DNA of 64,000 bases from an uncultured virus (IMG/VR IMGVR_UViG_3300029319_000022) (IMGVR_UViG_3300029319_000022); one strand, 5' to 3'; counted from the first letter of the stretch, positions 1 to 7,695 are shown. The notes: generated by a model not told the origin, from the letters alone. Translations and numbers: made by a program.

Positions 1-75
1 TGATATGGAGAGCTTGGATATACTGTCTACCCTTTTTAATTAATTAAATATAATTTTAATTCATTTTAAATAACT

Positions 76-201
76 ATGGACAATTTTTACCCTTGGGGCT
101 TTATTATTATGTTCTTCTCTCTACTTATACTCTCTATTACTAGGGGGGAGAAAACATCACATCAGGATGATGATATAGATGACTACTGGAGCGATGGTTA
201 G
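76..201 (+). CDS. small putative membrane peptide (41 aa, MDNFYPWGFIIMFFSLLILSIT...)
   Basis: ATG 76 to TAG 201 read by eye; one hydrophobic stretch; below the ORF-track cutoff. Confidence 0.4.
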   Translation: MDNFYPWGFIIMFFSLLILSITRGEKTSHQDDDIDDYWSDG

Positions 202-366
202 TGTAGTATATATATAACCCCCAATAAAAGAAAACAAATGACACGGATAGAGTCGGTTTTATATCTATTATTTTTTATTATTGCAGTTTATATATTGTAT
301 AGTTATGTGACATAATTGAAACAACAATATTCTTCAAGTCGATTACAAATAAGCGTAATAATAAAC

Positions 367-519
367 ATGGAAGAAGAAATGAATCCAAGAGTGAACCAGA
401 GAAAGCGTAATAAACAAGAGGCGAAACAATATAAAAAACTTTATGCCACTCCGTGGGATATTCCAATATCGATTCTGACACTCTTAATAATAGCACTATT
501 AGTTATCTGTTTCAAATGA
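367..519 (+). CDS. small protein with C-terminal transmembrane helix
   Basis: ORF track 316..519, ATG at 367; basic N-terminus followed by hydrophobic IPISILTLLIIALLVICFK. Confidence 0.5.
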   Translation: MEEEMNPRVNQRKRNKQEAKQYKKLYATPWDIPISILTLLIIALLVICFK

Positions 520-643
520 TCCCAGATCAAATAAGTGGGGCTAAATAAACACATACAAATAATACATATATACCCAGATCTAATATCTAATATCAAATAA
601 CTTAATAACTAATAAGCCCAGATCAAATAACCAGTATTAAATA

Positions 644-664
644 AAGGCCCGCCATGCGGGCCTT
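644..664. terminator. GC hairpin where + and - transcription converge
   Basis: AAGGCCCGC-CAT-GCGGGCCTT perfect stem; weak U tract on the minus strand. Confidence 0.55.
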
Positions 665-689
665 CGTTGTGTATATACATATAAGCTAT

Positions 690-768
690 CGTAAGTGGTT
701 GATTATCAAGGACTTACGCATAGAGGGGGGCCGCGCATGCGTAACTCGTTCATGCTGAACGAGTTACA
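690..768. repeat. 79-bp double-palindrome element, copy 1
   Basis: CGTAAGTGGTT-GATTATC-AAGGACTTACG + 21-bp linker CATAGAGGGGGGCCGCGCATG + CGTAACTCGTT-CATGCTG-AACGAGTTACA. Confidence 0.95.
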
Positions 769-894
769 GCACCAGTTAAGTGATCACAAAAGGTTAGAAA
801 GAATGGGGTAATGACTCCCCGAAAACAACCCGTCGCAGGATCTCTCTGCGCTCTACTCCTAACTGGTGCGTATTTGTTGCGTATAACAAAACTT

Positions 895-1074
895 TTATTT
901 TTTTGCTTTTGCCTGTTTATATTCTTTATTCATTTGTTCTTTGAATCCATATGTGCCGATGCCTTTCTTGCGAAGCCATGCTTCGCAAGCATCGCCTACG
1001 ACCTTAGCGAGATTAGTATAAACCTCTTTTTTTTCTTGGTCTTTTATATTTGGTTCGTGTGGTATGCTTGTCAT
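895..1074 (-). CDS. hypothetical protein (59 aa, MTSIPHEPNIKDQEKKEVY...)
   Basis: ATG-to-TAA ORF read by eye, co-oriented with its neighbours; just under the track cutoff. Confidence 0.55.
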   Translation of the reverse strand: MTSIPHEPNIKDQEKKEVYTNLAKVVGDACEAWLRKKGIGTYGFKEQMNKEYKQAKAKK

Positions 1075-1142
1075 CTTAGTGCTAAAATTAAAAGTGCGAT
1101 TGCTAAAACAAAGATTAAACTTATTTGGTGATCCATTTTTTT

Positions 1143-1415
1143 TTACATCGTCATCCCCTCGGATAACTTACCACGCCTATCCATATAAATCAACTCAATT
1201 GCTTTCTGATTCATCTCGTCACTCTCTGAGTAGTAACTTGGCATTTCCTCAAGAACCTCTGAGCCATCTATATTAGTTATAGGTTTATACATCTTTAACT
1301 GATGCGTCTTGACTGCGTGAGTAATCCCCTTGGAATTATCGTATCGCAAGTCTATAAGAACATTAGTCTTAGTTAGTAAAAAACGGATTTGATTTGTGTA
1401 GTTAACTTCTTTCAT
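1143..1415 (-). CDS. hypothetical protein
   Basis: ORF track; ATGA overlap with the upstream ORF. Confidence 0.65.
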   Translation of the reverse strand: MKEVNYTNQIRFLLTKTNVLIDLRYDNSKGITHAVKTHQLKMYKPITNIDGSEVLEEMPSYYSESDEMNQKAIELIYMDRRGKLSEGMTM

Positions 1416-1585
1416 TTTAAATGTGTTTGTTTACATGGTACTATATCATAAGACCAGTCATTGCCAAATTGTTTTCTTAGTAGATAGATTTTTTTTCTCA
1501 ACCGATCAGCTGTAAAAAAACCTTTTACATTGTTATGTTCTGGGCCTCCTATTATTTTTAGTTTATATACTATATCGTCTTTCAT
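1412..1585 (-). CDS. hypothetical protein (MKDDIVYK...)
   Basis: ORF track 1412..1624; likely start at ATG 1585, directly after the upstream stop. Confidence 0.6.
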   Translation of the reverse strand: MKDDIVYKLKIIGGPEHNNVKGFFTADRLRKKIYLLRKQFGNDWSYDIVPCKQTHLK

Positions 1586-1587
1586 AT

Positions 1588-1794
1588 TTAATTTTTTACT
1601 TTTAAGAATTGTGTTCCGTCCCACTCAAGACCGTGTTCGGTCTCAAGATAGTTTTCTATCACTAACGCATCATTGTCTATTTCATTACTGCCCTCGTTAT
1701 CCCCACCATTAGCTAGCTCTTTGGACGCTTTATTTAAATCCGTGTGATAATCCTTTAGCACATCGACTATATCTCTTTCTTCCCAACTTCTCAT
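1588..1794 (-). CDS. hypothetical acidic protein
   Basis: ORF track; ATGA overlap with the Gp88-like gene. Confidence 0.6.
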   Translation of the reverse strand: MRSWEERDIVDVLKDYHTDLNKASKELANGGDNEGSNEIDNDALVIENYLETEHGLEWDGTQFLKVKN

Positions 1795-2498
1795 TTGTTT
1801 TTTACTTTTACAACAAAGCCAGAGTTATCTTGCTTTGCTTTTCCTTTTGCTTCTAGTCCGACTATTTTACCATGAGGATCAGTAAAACGCAAGTCGTGAT
1901 CGTCGCCACTGATAACTTCCATGCCTTCCCAAGTTTTCGGAATCTCATCGAACACAACGGCAACATTACCACCTTTTTTAATTACTTCTTTTATAAACTC
2001 AATGTCTGTTGTTTCGTCTCTACTAAAAGTAAGATGATAATTGTGAGGCATTTCAGAGTTATATCCTAGACCGCGACCGAGGAAAGCTCTCATTCTTTGT
2101 TTGCTCTTTGTGTAGTCGTAGAACTGTTGTTTTGGAAACTCTTGCATGATGCCATATTTTTCCCAACGGATATCACTTGTTAAGTTTAAACGAAAGCAAA
2201 CATTCATTTCTTTACGTGTTGCAAACCTTATACCTGCTTGGATATCCTTTACCAACTGAAGCACAAACTCAAACTTATTATCAAAGAATTTATTTGTTTT
2301 GTTTATCCTAGCCTCTTGAACCATATTCATCATTCCCCGACCTGCCGTATTTAAACAAGCTGTTGCACATCCTGGGGATGCGTTCGGGCAAACATTACGC
2401 CCCGACAAAGTAGACGGTGCAAAGTGCAAGCCGTAAGTTATGAAACCTTTTTGGAATCCCTTTAAAATTTTTGAGTTGCTAAGTGTTAAGTATCTCAT
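1791..2498 (-). CDS. Gp88-like phage protein (Cys-cluster protein)
   Basis: N-terminal NSKILKG, CPNASPGCATACLNTAGRG, RLNLTSDIRWE, FYDYTK, YHLTFS and GDDHDLRF motifs typical of the GP88 family. Confidence 0.8.
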   Translation of the reverse strand: MRYLTLSNSKILKGFQKGFITYGLHFAPSTLSGRNVCPNASPGCATACLNTAGRGMMNMVQEARINKTNKFFDNKFEFVLQLVKDIQAGIRFATRKEMNVCFRLNLTSDIRWEKYGIMQEFPKQQFYDYTKSKQRMRAFLGRGLGYNSEMPHNYHLTFSRDETTDIEFIKEVIKKGGNVAVVFDEIPKTWEGMEVISGDDHDLRFTDPHGKIVGLEAKGKAKQDNSGFVVKVKNK

Positions 2499-2503
2499 AT
2501 CAA

Positions 2504-2725
2504 TTAAATGCTATTAAGCTGATAGACTGTGTTGTCTAACAATATTTCAAATTTAGCCACTTGTCTATCAGTATCTGAGTTTTCGCTTTTATATTTCTTG
2601 ATATACTGAACCGCACCATCATAAGTAAACCATCCATTAATTGATTGGTCGCCATTTTGATGTAACATAAAGACCTGAAAGTCTTTTTTATCTTTATCTA
2701 TATTTATTGGATAGTCTTCTATCAT
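2504..2725 (-). CDS. hypothetical protein
   Basis: ORF track; own promoter immediately upstream. Confidence 0.7.
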   Translation of the reverse strand: MIEDYPINIDKDKKDFQVFMLHQNGDQSINGWFTYDGAVQYIKKYKSENSDTDRQVAKFEILLDNTVYQLNSI

Positions 2726-2731
2726 GTGTTA

Positions 2732-2760
2732 AAAGTAAACTATGATATATTCCATGTCAA
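2732..2760 (-). promoter_or_regulatory. sigma70-type leaderless promoter
   Basis: TTGACA-17-TACTTT, 6 nt before ATG 2725. Confidence 0.7.
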
Positions 2761-2823
2761 ATAAAAAATCATTTAATATAATTAAAATTAATTTTAATTA
2801 TAGCTTGACATATAGTTTTGCTT

Positions 2824-2902
2824 CATAACTCGTTGAGTATCAACGAGTTACGCACTGCGGGGGGCCGCGCATGCGTAAGTCGTTCATACTGAACGACTTA
2901 CG
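2824..2902. repeat. 79-bp double-palindrome element, copy 2
   Basis: CATAACTCGTT-GAGTATC-AACGAGTTACG + CACTGCGGGGGGCCGCGCATG + CGTAAGTCGTT-CATACTG-AACGACTTACG. Confidence 0.95.
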
Positions 2903-2939
2903 TAAGTTATTACTCAGACCCCTGTCAAGTTAAAAACAC

Positions 2940-2972
2940 AAAAAAAACCCGCACCCCTTTCGGGATGCGGGC
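2940..2972 (-). terminator. intrinsic terminator of the DUF932 gene
   Basis: minus strand CCCGCATCCC-GAAA-GGGGTGCGGG followed by a T8 tract. Confidence 0.85.
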
Positions 2973-2994
2973 GTGGTTGGTAAGGCGGGGCTAG

Positions 2995-3819
2995 TTATGC
3001 GGGTAAAACGACCTCCTCAGCTTCTATGATCTCAGGTGTATGACCTGCAACAGAATCAAAAAGACTCTGCATTTTCATAGTACGCTCTGGGAGCTTGGAC
3101 AAATCACCGCCCTTGAGATTTTCAGTTACGGAGTTGTACAAATTCCAGAGAGTGTTGCCTCTGAACTCAGGATGACGAGGATCACGAAACTCTTTGACAG
3201 TCTTGTAAACATCACGCTCTGGAAGAGCTTTGATCTCGGCAAGATCCACAACAAGATTAGAAGCCCTCTCAGGAGAGATTTCAGAATCTTTGTAAGCCAT
3301 GATTCTCTCGCCCATGTCATGCCATGACGAAACGATGCGACCGATAGCCTTGGCAAGCATCCCATCAAGATCACGAAGAATGTTGACAGTGTGACGGCGA
3401 GCGAGCTTAACGTCAGACGAAAAGCACATATTGTCGCAAACCAACATAGAATTACCCATGCAAGCGGAAGCCGCTGTGGACTTGTCGCTAGAGTTACGCA
3501 AGCCGAAAACAAGCCTCCTATCATCGCCCTTGATATCATCACCAGTTAAAGCGAATCCACCAAAGTAACGCTGACCGCCACGGGCCAGAGCGTGTTCCTC
3601 TTCAGTGATTGCAAAACCTGCACGATCTAAAGCCTTGCGAGTTTTATCAACTAGCAAGCTGTGAGGGATAGGCGTATGACTATCCGTTTTTGGGGGAGTC
3701 TTAACCGCCCGAAGTTGATCATCTACAGAGAGAGTCTCAACGTTATGTGAAGTCCAAACCGATCCTGCACTTGGGCGTGTGATCGGCTCCAGTTTATTTT
3801 TTGCGAATATAAGTGACAT
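2995..3819 (-). CDS. DUF932/DUF945-family protein
   Basis: TPPKTDSHTPIPH, FGLRNSSDKS, VCDNMCF, RRHT and TLWNLYNSVTENLK motifs; start placed at ATG 3819 after the promoter. Confidence 0.8.
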   Translation of the reverse strand: MSLIFAKNKLEPITRPSAGSVWTSHNVETLSVDDQLRAVKTPPKTDSHTPIPHSLLVDKTRKALDRAGFAITEEEHALARGGQRYFGGFALTGDDIKGDDRRLVFGLRNSSDKSTAASACMGNSMLVCDNMCFSSDVKLARRHTVNILRDLDGMLAKAIGRIVSSWHDMGERIMAYKDSEISPERASNLVVDLAEIKALPERDVYKTVKEFRDPRHPEFRGNTLWNLYNSVTENLKGGDLSKLPERTMKMQSLFDSVAGHTPEIIEAEEVVLPA

Positions 3820-3828
3820 AATGAGGTA

Positions 3829-3857
3829 ACTATAACCGCAGAAAACAAAAAAGTAAA
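3829..3857 (-). promoter_or_regulatory. sigma70-type promoter with very short leader
   Basis: TTTACT-17-TATAGT, 9 nt before ATG 3819. Confidence 0.7.
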
Positions 3858-3955
3858 GAGAAAAAAACAAAAAAGTTTAGGTTAAATATTTGCTTGACAA
3901 ATATTTATTATATTATTACTTGACAAAGTTATCATGGCGTATGAGTAGGATCATT

Positions 3956-4034
3956 TGTAACTCGTTGAGTATCAACGAGTTACGCACCGCGGGGGGCCGC
4001 GCATGCGTAAGTCGTTCATACTGAACGACTTACG
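3956..4034. repeat. 79-bp double-palindrome element, copy 3
   Basis: differs from copy 2 at only 3 positions (first two bases and one linker base). Confidence 0.95.
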
Positions 4035-4050
4035 TAAGCACTTAACAGCA

Positions 4051-4415
4051 CAAAAAAAAACCGCCGACAGTTTCTGAAGAGCATAACAGCCCTCTTATTC
4101 CTGCCGACGGCTTTATTTTAAGAAACCGCCGATAGCTTCGAGTCATTAAGGTCTATTTAAAGACCGCTCTGTCACTATCGACGGCTCCCCTACTGGCGGG
4201 AGCGCTCCGTTGGGGCTTGCCTCCAGTATTTAGGTTTGGGATTGTTCTCCGTAGAGTTGGCGGTAAATCCCTTTATAACCATACCAATGTTTCATCGTCA
4301 CTTGCCTTGGAGTCGAAACCCAACAAGGGGGCGAGCTTAGGGAAACAGTTTGCACTGTGGCTCGTTCCTTTCGGAAGTCATTACCTTAACCTGTAAACTC
4401 GGTGACTATACCCTC
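4051..4415 (-). ncRNA. candidate structured non-coding RNA (chain of stem-loop domains ending in a terminator-like stem and U tract)
   Basis: no ORF of 60 aa or more; GC higher than flanks; many nested stems, including TTCC-GAAA-GGAA, CAGT-GCAA-ACTG, TACTGG..CCAGTA, GGGATT..AATCCC and two GCCGTCG..TCGGCGGT stems. Confidence 0.5.
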
Positions 4416-4634
4416 CTAGGATTCTTCTGCGTGTAACGCAAATTTTTCGTTTAATGTATTAGCGTGTTTACGTGTCCACTTTACATTATCCATAAAGTTA
4501 TCAAGCTTGTCATCTGCAACGTCAGCCATTCTGTCGGCTAGTGTTTGATGTACTACGCCCAAGGCATAGTTAAGCAAAGTTGCTTGGTCTTTATTTTTTA
4601 CTTCAATGCGAACTGATTCAGTTGTTTTTGCCAT
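4416..4634 (-). CDS. hypothetical protein
   Basis: ORF track. Confidence 0.7.
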   Translation of the reverse strand: MAKTTESVRIEVKNKDQATLLNYALGVVHQTLADRMADVADDKLDNFMDNVKWTRKHANTLNEKFALHAEES

Positions 4635-4706
4635 ATTATATATTTGTTGTTAAGTTAAAAAGATTTGTCGGCTTTAAGGCTATTCCAGCATCTAGGAACT
4701 GACCGA

Positions 4707-4871
4707 CTACCTTTCCGCGAAAATGTCATTATGGAGTAGCTCAACAGCTTCATCATCCATTTTCTCGTAAACGTACATTAACAAAAGGTCGATTATCTCA
4801 GCCTCATCCATCGAGTGGAATTCTCTTTCAGCTAACTCAAAGCGTTTTTGTTTAAGCTCGTCTGTATTCAT
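4707..4871 (-). CDS. hypothetical acidic protein (54 aa, MNTDELKQKRFELAERE...)
   Basis: ATG-to-TAG ORF read by eye. Confidence 0.6.
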   Translation of the reverse strand: MNTDELKQKRFELAEREFHSMDEAEIIDLLLMYVYEKMDDEAVELLHNDIFAER

Positions 4872-4949
4872 ATTATTAAATTATTTTTAAGGAGTGGATG
4901 ACGAGACTCACCCCCATGAACATCTCGCCATCCGTCCTTAACTCCAGTT

Positions 4950-5207
4950 TTATACTATGACATTGATGCTGTCAATATATAAATTTCTATATTTTTCCAC
5001 TCCAGAATCATCTACATCTGAGACCTTTGCAGTTATGAACTGCTCACTTGTTTCCCAGTGTCTCCCGACCCTATCAATGGATTCGATTTTAAAAGTTCTC
5101 ACTCCGTTATCAGTAACGGATGATTTGTTTTGTGTGTTTGTGTACCTGACAGTTTTACCTGCTAAGTATGACGCTAGTTGAGTTGGATTTAAGGATTGTA
5201 ATTTCAT
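4950..5207 (-). CDS. hypothetical protein (possible SH3-like beta fold)
   Basis: ORF track; own promoter. Confidence 0.7.
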   Translation of the reverse strand: MKLQSLNPTQLASYLAGKTVRYTNTQNKSSVTDNGVRTFKIESIDRVGRHWETSEQFITAKVSDVDDSGVEKYRNLYIDSINVIV

Positions 5208-5213
5208 GTCTCT

Positions 5214-5242
5214 AATCTACCACAGATTTAAAAGGGGTGCAA
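5214..5242 (-). promoter_or_regulatory. sigma70-type leaderless promoter
   Basis: TTGCAC-17-TAGATT with TG extension, 6 nt to ATG. Confidence 0.7.
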
Positions 5243-5258
5243 GTATTTTTTTGCTTTT

Positions 5259-5465
5259 TTATTTTTTTGTTAAGGGTTTCGCTTCAATGTCAGAGATATC
5301 AGTGCCGACATACCTAACATTAAACTCAAGTTGATCATTGAGTTCATCAGGATTATGAAGAAGATCTTTAGCAACGATTTCGCCATTTTCAACAAAGAGG
5401 CAGAAACCGCCGTCTACAGATGCACTATTTAAATGTGCCATTATTTCATCAATTCTATTGTTCAT
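5259..5465 (-). CDS. hypothetical protein
   Basis: ORF track; own promoter. Confidence 0.7.
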   Translation of the reverse strand: MNNRIDEIMAHLNSASVDGGFCLFVENGEIVAKDLLHNPDELNDQLEFNVRYVGTDISDIEAKPLTKK

Positions 5466-5471
5466 GATCGA

Positions 5472-5500
5472 ACTATAAACTATAAATAGACAAATAGCAA
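5472..5500 (-). promoter_or_regulatory. sigma70-type leaderless promoter
   Basis: TTGCTA-17-TATAGT, 6 nt to ATG. Confidence 0.7.
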
Positions 5501-5547
5501 ATATAAATTAATAAAAAAGAATAAAAATTCAAGTACGTATTAACTTA

Positions 5548-5626
5548 TGTAAGTCGTTGAGTATCAACGACTTACGCACCGCGGGCGGCCGCGCCCGCGT
5601 AACTCCTTCATTATGAGGGAGTTACG
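5548..5626. repeat. 79-bp double-palindrome element, copy 4
   Basis: TGTAAGTCGTT-GAGTATC-AACGACTTACG + CACCGCGGGCGGCCGCGCCCG + CGTAACTCCTT-CATTATG-AGGGAGTTACG. Confidence 0.95.
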
Positions 5627-5713
5627 TCAGGTTTTATGCGCTTACCTGACAGGCTATGAAAATGACCAGAGAGGAAAATCAAGTAAACCCCACCGACGCA
5701 ATACCTAACTCTA

Positions 5714-5986
5714 CTAAAAAAATCTTTTCTTTGCTACTAGCTCTTCAAGGTCTTCGAGCTTTTGAACTATCTCTTTTTTATTCCATTTAAATCGCATATC
5801 ATTACGCAAGAAGTGAAGCTCGAACTTTATATCTCCTAACATTCTTAAAAGATTACTTCTGTTTTGATTTTGGATTTTTTCTTCCCTGTCTATTATTGGA
5901 GCTAAGTTTTTTTCATTCATGTTTTTTATTTGCCAGTTTTTTCCTAAGTTAAGAATTGCTTCGTTTAGTTTTTCGAATTTAGTCAT
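5714..5986 (-). CDS. hypothetical coiled-coil protein
   Basis: ORF track. Confidence 0.65.
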   Translation of the reverse strand: MTKFEKLNEAILNLGKNWQIKNMNEKNLAPIIDREEKIQNQNRSNLLRMLGDIKFELHFLRNDMRFKWNKKEIVQKLEDLEELVAKKRFF

Positions 5987-5987
5987 G

Positions 5988-6230
5988 TTAGATTTTTGAA
6001 TTTAGTTTATCTACTGCCCAATCAAAGCACGTTAGTATGAAGCCCCACACTAACGGAAGCCCAAACATTATGAACATGACTGAGTCGCCATTCCAACCTC
6101 TTATACTATCTCTAAGAGAATCCCCAGAGCCGAATGAGATTGCGAGTATCATTATTAGGAGGGTAGCGATTAGACTTGCTAAGCAAGCGACCAAGTACCA
6201 GTGAATGAATTTATTTAATATTTTTTTCAT
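5988..6230 (-). CDS. small protein with two transmembrane helices
   Basis: ORF track; two hydrophobic segments. Confidence 0.7.
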   Translation of the reverse strand: MKKILNKFIHWYLVACLASLIATLLIMILAISFGSGDSLRDSIRGWNGDSVMFIMFGLPLVWGFILTCFDWAVDKLNSKI

Positions 6231-6235
6231 GATTA

Positions 6236-6267
6236 AGTATAGTTGACCTTGCCCCGAAGGGCAAGGT
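6236..6267 (-). promoter_or_regulatory. leaderless promoter whose -35 box and spacer form a TTCG-loop hairpin
   Basis: TTGCCC-17-TATACT; ACCTTGCCC-TTCG-GGGCAAGGT. Confidence 0.7.
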
Positions 6268-6280
6268 TTATTTTATAATT

Positions 6281-6508
6281 TTATCCGAAGATTATTTTAT
6301 CAAAGTCATCTTCTTTTAAAGCCTTGTCTAGACCTGTTTCAACTTTTTTGAAGTCTTGAGTTGCGAGATGCCATCTCGCCGCACCACCGACTTTAGAGCC
6401 GTCATGCCATTCTGACATAGCGGAAAGCTGACCTGATGCCATGATCATTTCAGTGCGGAGTTTATTGTGAGCGGTGATTAATGCGTTGATTTTTTCTTTA
6501 TCTGTCAT
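6281..6508 (-). CDS. hypothetical protein
   Basis: ORF track; own promoter. Confidence 0.7.
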   Translation of the reverse strand: MTDKEKINALITAHNKLRTEMIMASGQLSAMSEWHDGSKVGGAARWHLATQDFKKVETGLDKALKEDDFDKIIFG

Positions 6509-6514
6509 GATTTG

Positions 6515-6543
6515 AATATACTTTATTATTGGAGTTAATGCAA
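6515..6543 (-). promoter_or_regulatory. sigma70-type leaderless promoter
   Basis: TTGCAT-17-TATATT, 6 nt to ATG. Confidence 0.7.
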
Positions 6544-6562
6544 GAATTTATTTTATTTTTTT

Positions 6563-6769
6563 TTAGAACCAAGCTTTGAGGATCTCAGGCTCGATTACCT
6601 CAAAAACCACTTCATCCATTTCGTCAACTCTTACGTGTACGATTCTATTACCTTCGACCCAGTCGCAATCGTCTTCAATGTGAAACACAACCCCAGTGTC
6701 AACAAACTCCAGGTTATCGCCATGCTTAAAAGTTACTCTGTCATTGATTTCTATATCAGTTATTTTCAT
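6563..6769 (-). CDS. hypothetical acidic protein (MKITDIEINDRVTF...)
   Basis: ORF track; start moved to ATG 6769 because the upstream codons are the promoter. Confidence 0.7.
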   Translation of the reverse strand: MKITDIEINDRVTFKHGDNLEFVDTGVVFHIEDDCDWVEGNRIVHVRVDEMDEVVFEVIEPEILKAWF

Positions 6770-6775
6770 GTGGTA

Positions 6776-6804
6776 ACTATACCACACCTTGAAAGAAAAA
6801 GCAA
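6776..6804 (-). promoter_or_regulatory. sigma70-type leaderless promoter
   Basis: TTGCTT-17-TATAGT with TG extension. Confidence 0.75.
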
Positions 6805-6832
6805 GTAAAAAAAGTATTTTTTTTATTTTATT

Positions 6833-6911
6833 TGTAAGTCGTTCAGTGTGAACGACTTACGCATCGGCGGGGGCCGCGCCCGCGTAACTCCTTGATACTC
6901 AAGGAGTTACG
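6833..6911. repeat. 79-bp double-palindrome element, copy 5
   Basis: TGTAAGTCGTT-CAGTGTG-AACGACTTACG + CATCGGCGGGGGCCGCGCCCG + CGTAACTCCTT-GATACTC-AAGGAGTTACG. Confidence 0.95.
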
Positions 6912-6925
6912 TAAGCTTTTACTGG

Positions 6926-7165
6926 TCAATCCCAGCGGTCAAAGATGACCTTGTTGCCCTTGGTGAGCATTTTGCGGCCCATGATAGGCACACCCTGCTC
7001 ACCATACTCGCGGATGGATGGACGGACCTCCATGGAGGTGGCCCGCTTGGCAGAGCGGGACATGTACACGTAGGTGGTCTCCCCACACTCCCAGTTGCCC
7101 CCGCAAGACGGCGGATTTTGCATATACTCGGTGACAGTGAATTTATAGATATTGGAATTTCTCAT
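6926..7165 (-). CDS. hypothetical protein, GC-rich gene (MRNSNIYK...)
   Basis: ORF track; start moved to ATG 7165. Confidence 0.7.
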   Translation of the reverse strand: MRNSNIYKFTVTEYMQNPPSCGGNWECGETTYVYMSRSAKRATSMEVRPSIREYGEQGVPIMGRKMLTKGNKVIFDRWD

Positions 7166-7171
7166 GATGTA

Positions 7172-7200
7172 ACTATAACACAGATTAGAATTAAAAGCAA
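7172..7200 (-). promoter_or_regulatory. sigma70-type leaderless promoter
   Basis: TTGCTT-17-TATAGT with TG extension. Confidence 0.75.
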
Positions 7201-7221
7201 GAACTTTTTTGTGTTTTTTTC

Positions 7222-7449
7222 TCACCCCTCGGTGAGCGCGTCGAGGCGAAGATCAGGCTCATCCTGCTCTGCCCATTTCGCATCCATGTGAGCGCGAGCG
7301 TCGTCCATGCGACTGTCAAGCCACGCCTCGAACTCCTCGCGCTCCTGCGCCTCATTGAGAAGCTCGTTGATCGCGCGATTGTCCACGCCGAACTCGGTTC
7401 CTTCGTTAGTAAGATCTCTAATGTCTGAAGTAGTAAGTGAATTTTTCAT
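7222..7449 (-). CDS. hypothetical acidic protein, GC-rich gene (MKNSLTTSD...)
   Basis: ORF track; start moved to ATG 7449. Confidence 0.7.
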   Translation of the reverse strand: MKNSLTTSDIRDLTNEGTEFGVDNRAINELLNEAQEREEFEAWLDSRMDDARAHMDAKWAEQDEPDLRLDALTEG

Positions 7450-7455
7450 GCCCAG

Positions 7456-7484
7456 AGTATAACACAGATTAAAAAGATAGTCAA
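7456..7484 (-). promoter_or_regulatory. sigma70-type leaderless promoter
   Basis: TTGACT-17-TATACT with TG extension. Confidence 0.8.
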
Positions 7485-7584
7485 ACAATTTTGTTTATTT
7501 TTTTGTAGATCGCAGGTCGTGGGTTAAATAGTAAATAGATTAATAGTAAATAGTACTTGACACATAGCCTTGCGTAAGAACTTA

Positions 7585-7663
7585 CGTAAGTCGTTGAGTA
7601 TCAACGACTTACGCCGCCGCGGCGGGCGCTCGTGCGTAACTCGTTCAATATCAAAGAGTTACG
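7585..7663. repeat. 79-bp double-palindrome element, copy 6
   Basis: CGTAAGTCGTT-GAGTATC-AACGACTTACG + CCGCCGCGGCGGGCGCTCGTG + CGTAACTCGTT-CAATATC-AAAGAGTTACG. Confidence 0.95.
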
Positions 7664-7695
7664 ATAGTAGTTGATAACCGTGTTTTATATACTTT

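Noticed and set aside
811..1276. Plus-strand ORFs 811..1131 and 1064..1276, and other antisense ORFs in the track
   Set aside because: They are shadows of better-supported opposite-strand genes, with low-complexity F/L/S-rich translations and no expression signals.
4060..4185. Hammerhead or pistol ribozyme in the twin stem domains
   Set aside because: Partial motifs (CTGAAGA, TTAAATAG) are present, but the full catalytic core order, such as GAAA after stem II, is not.
4295..4335. tRNA or tmRNA suggested by GGTTTCGACTCC on the minus strand
   Set aside because: No cloverleaf, acceptor stem or CCA end could be built; kept only as part of the ncRNA candidate.
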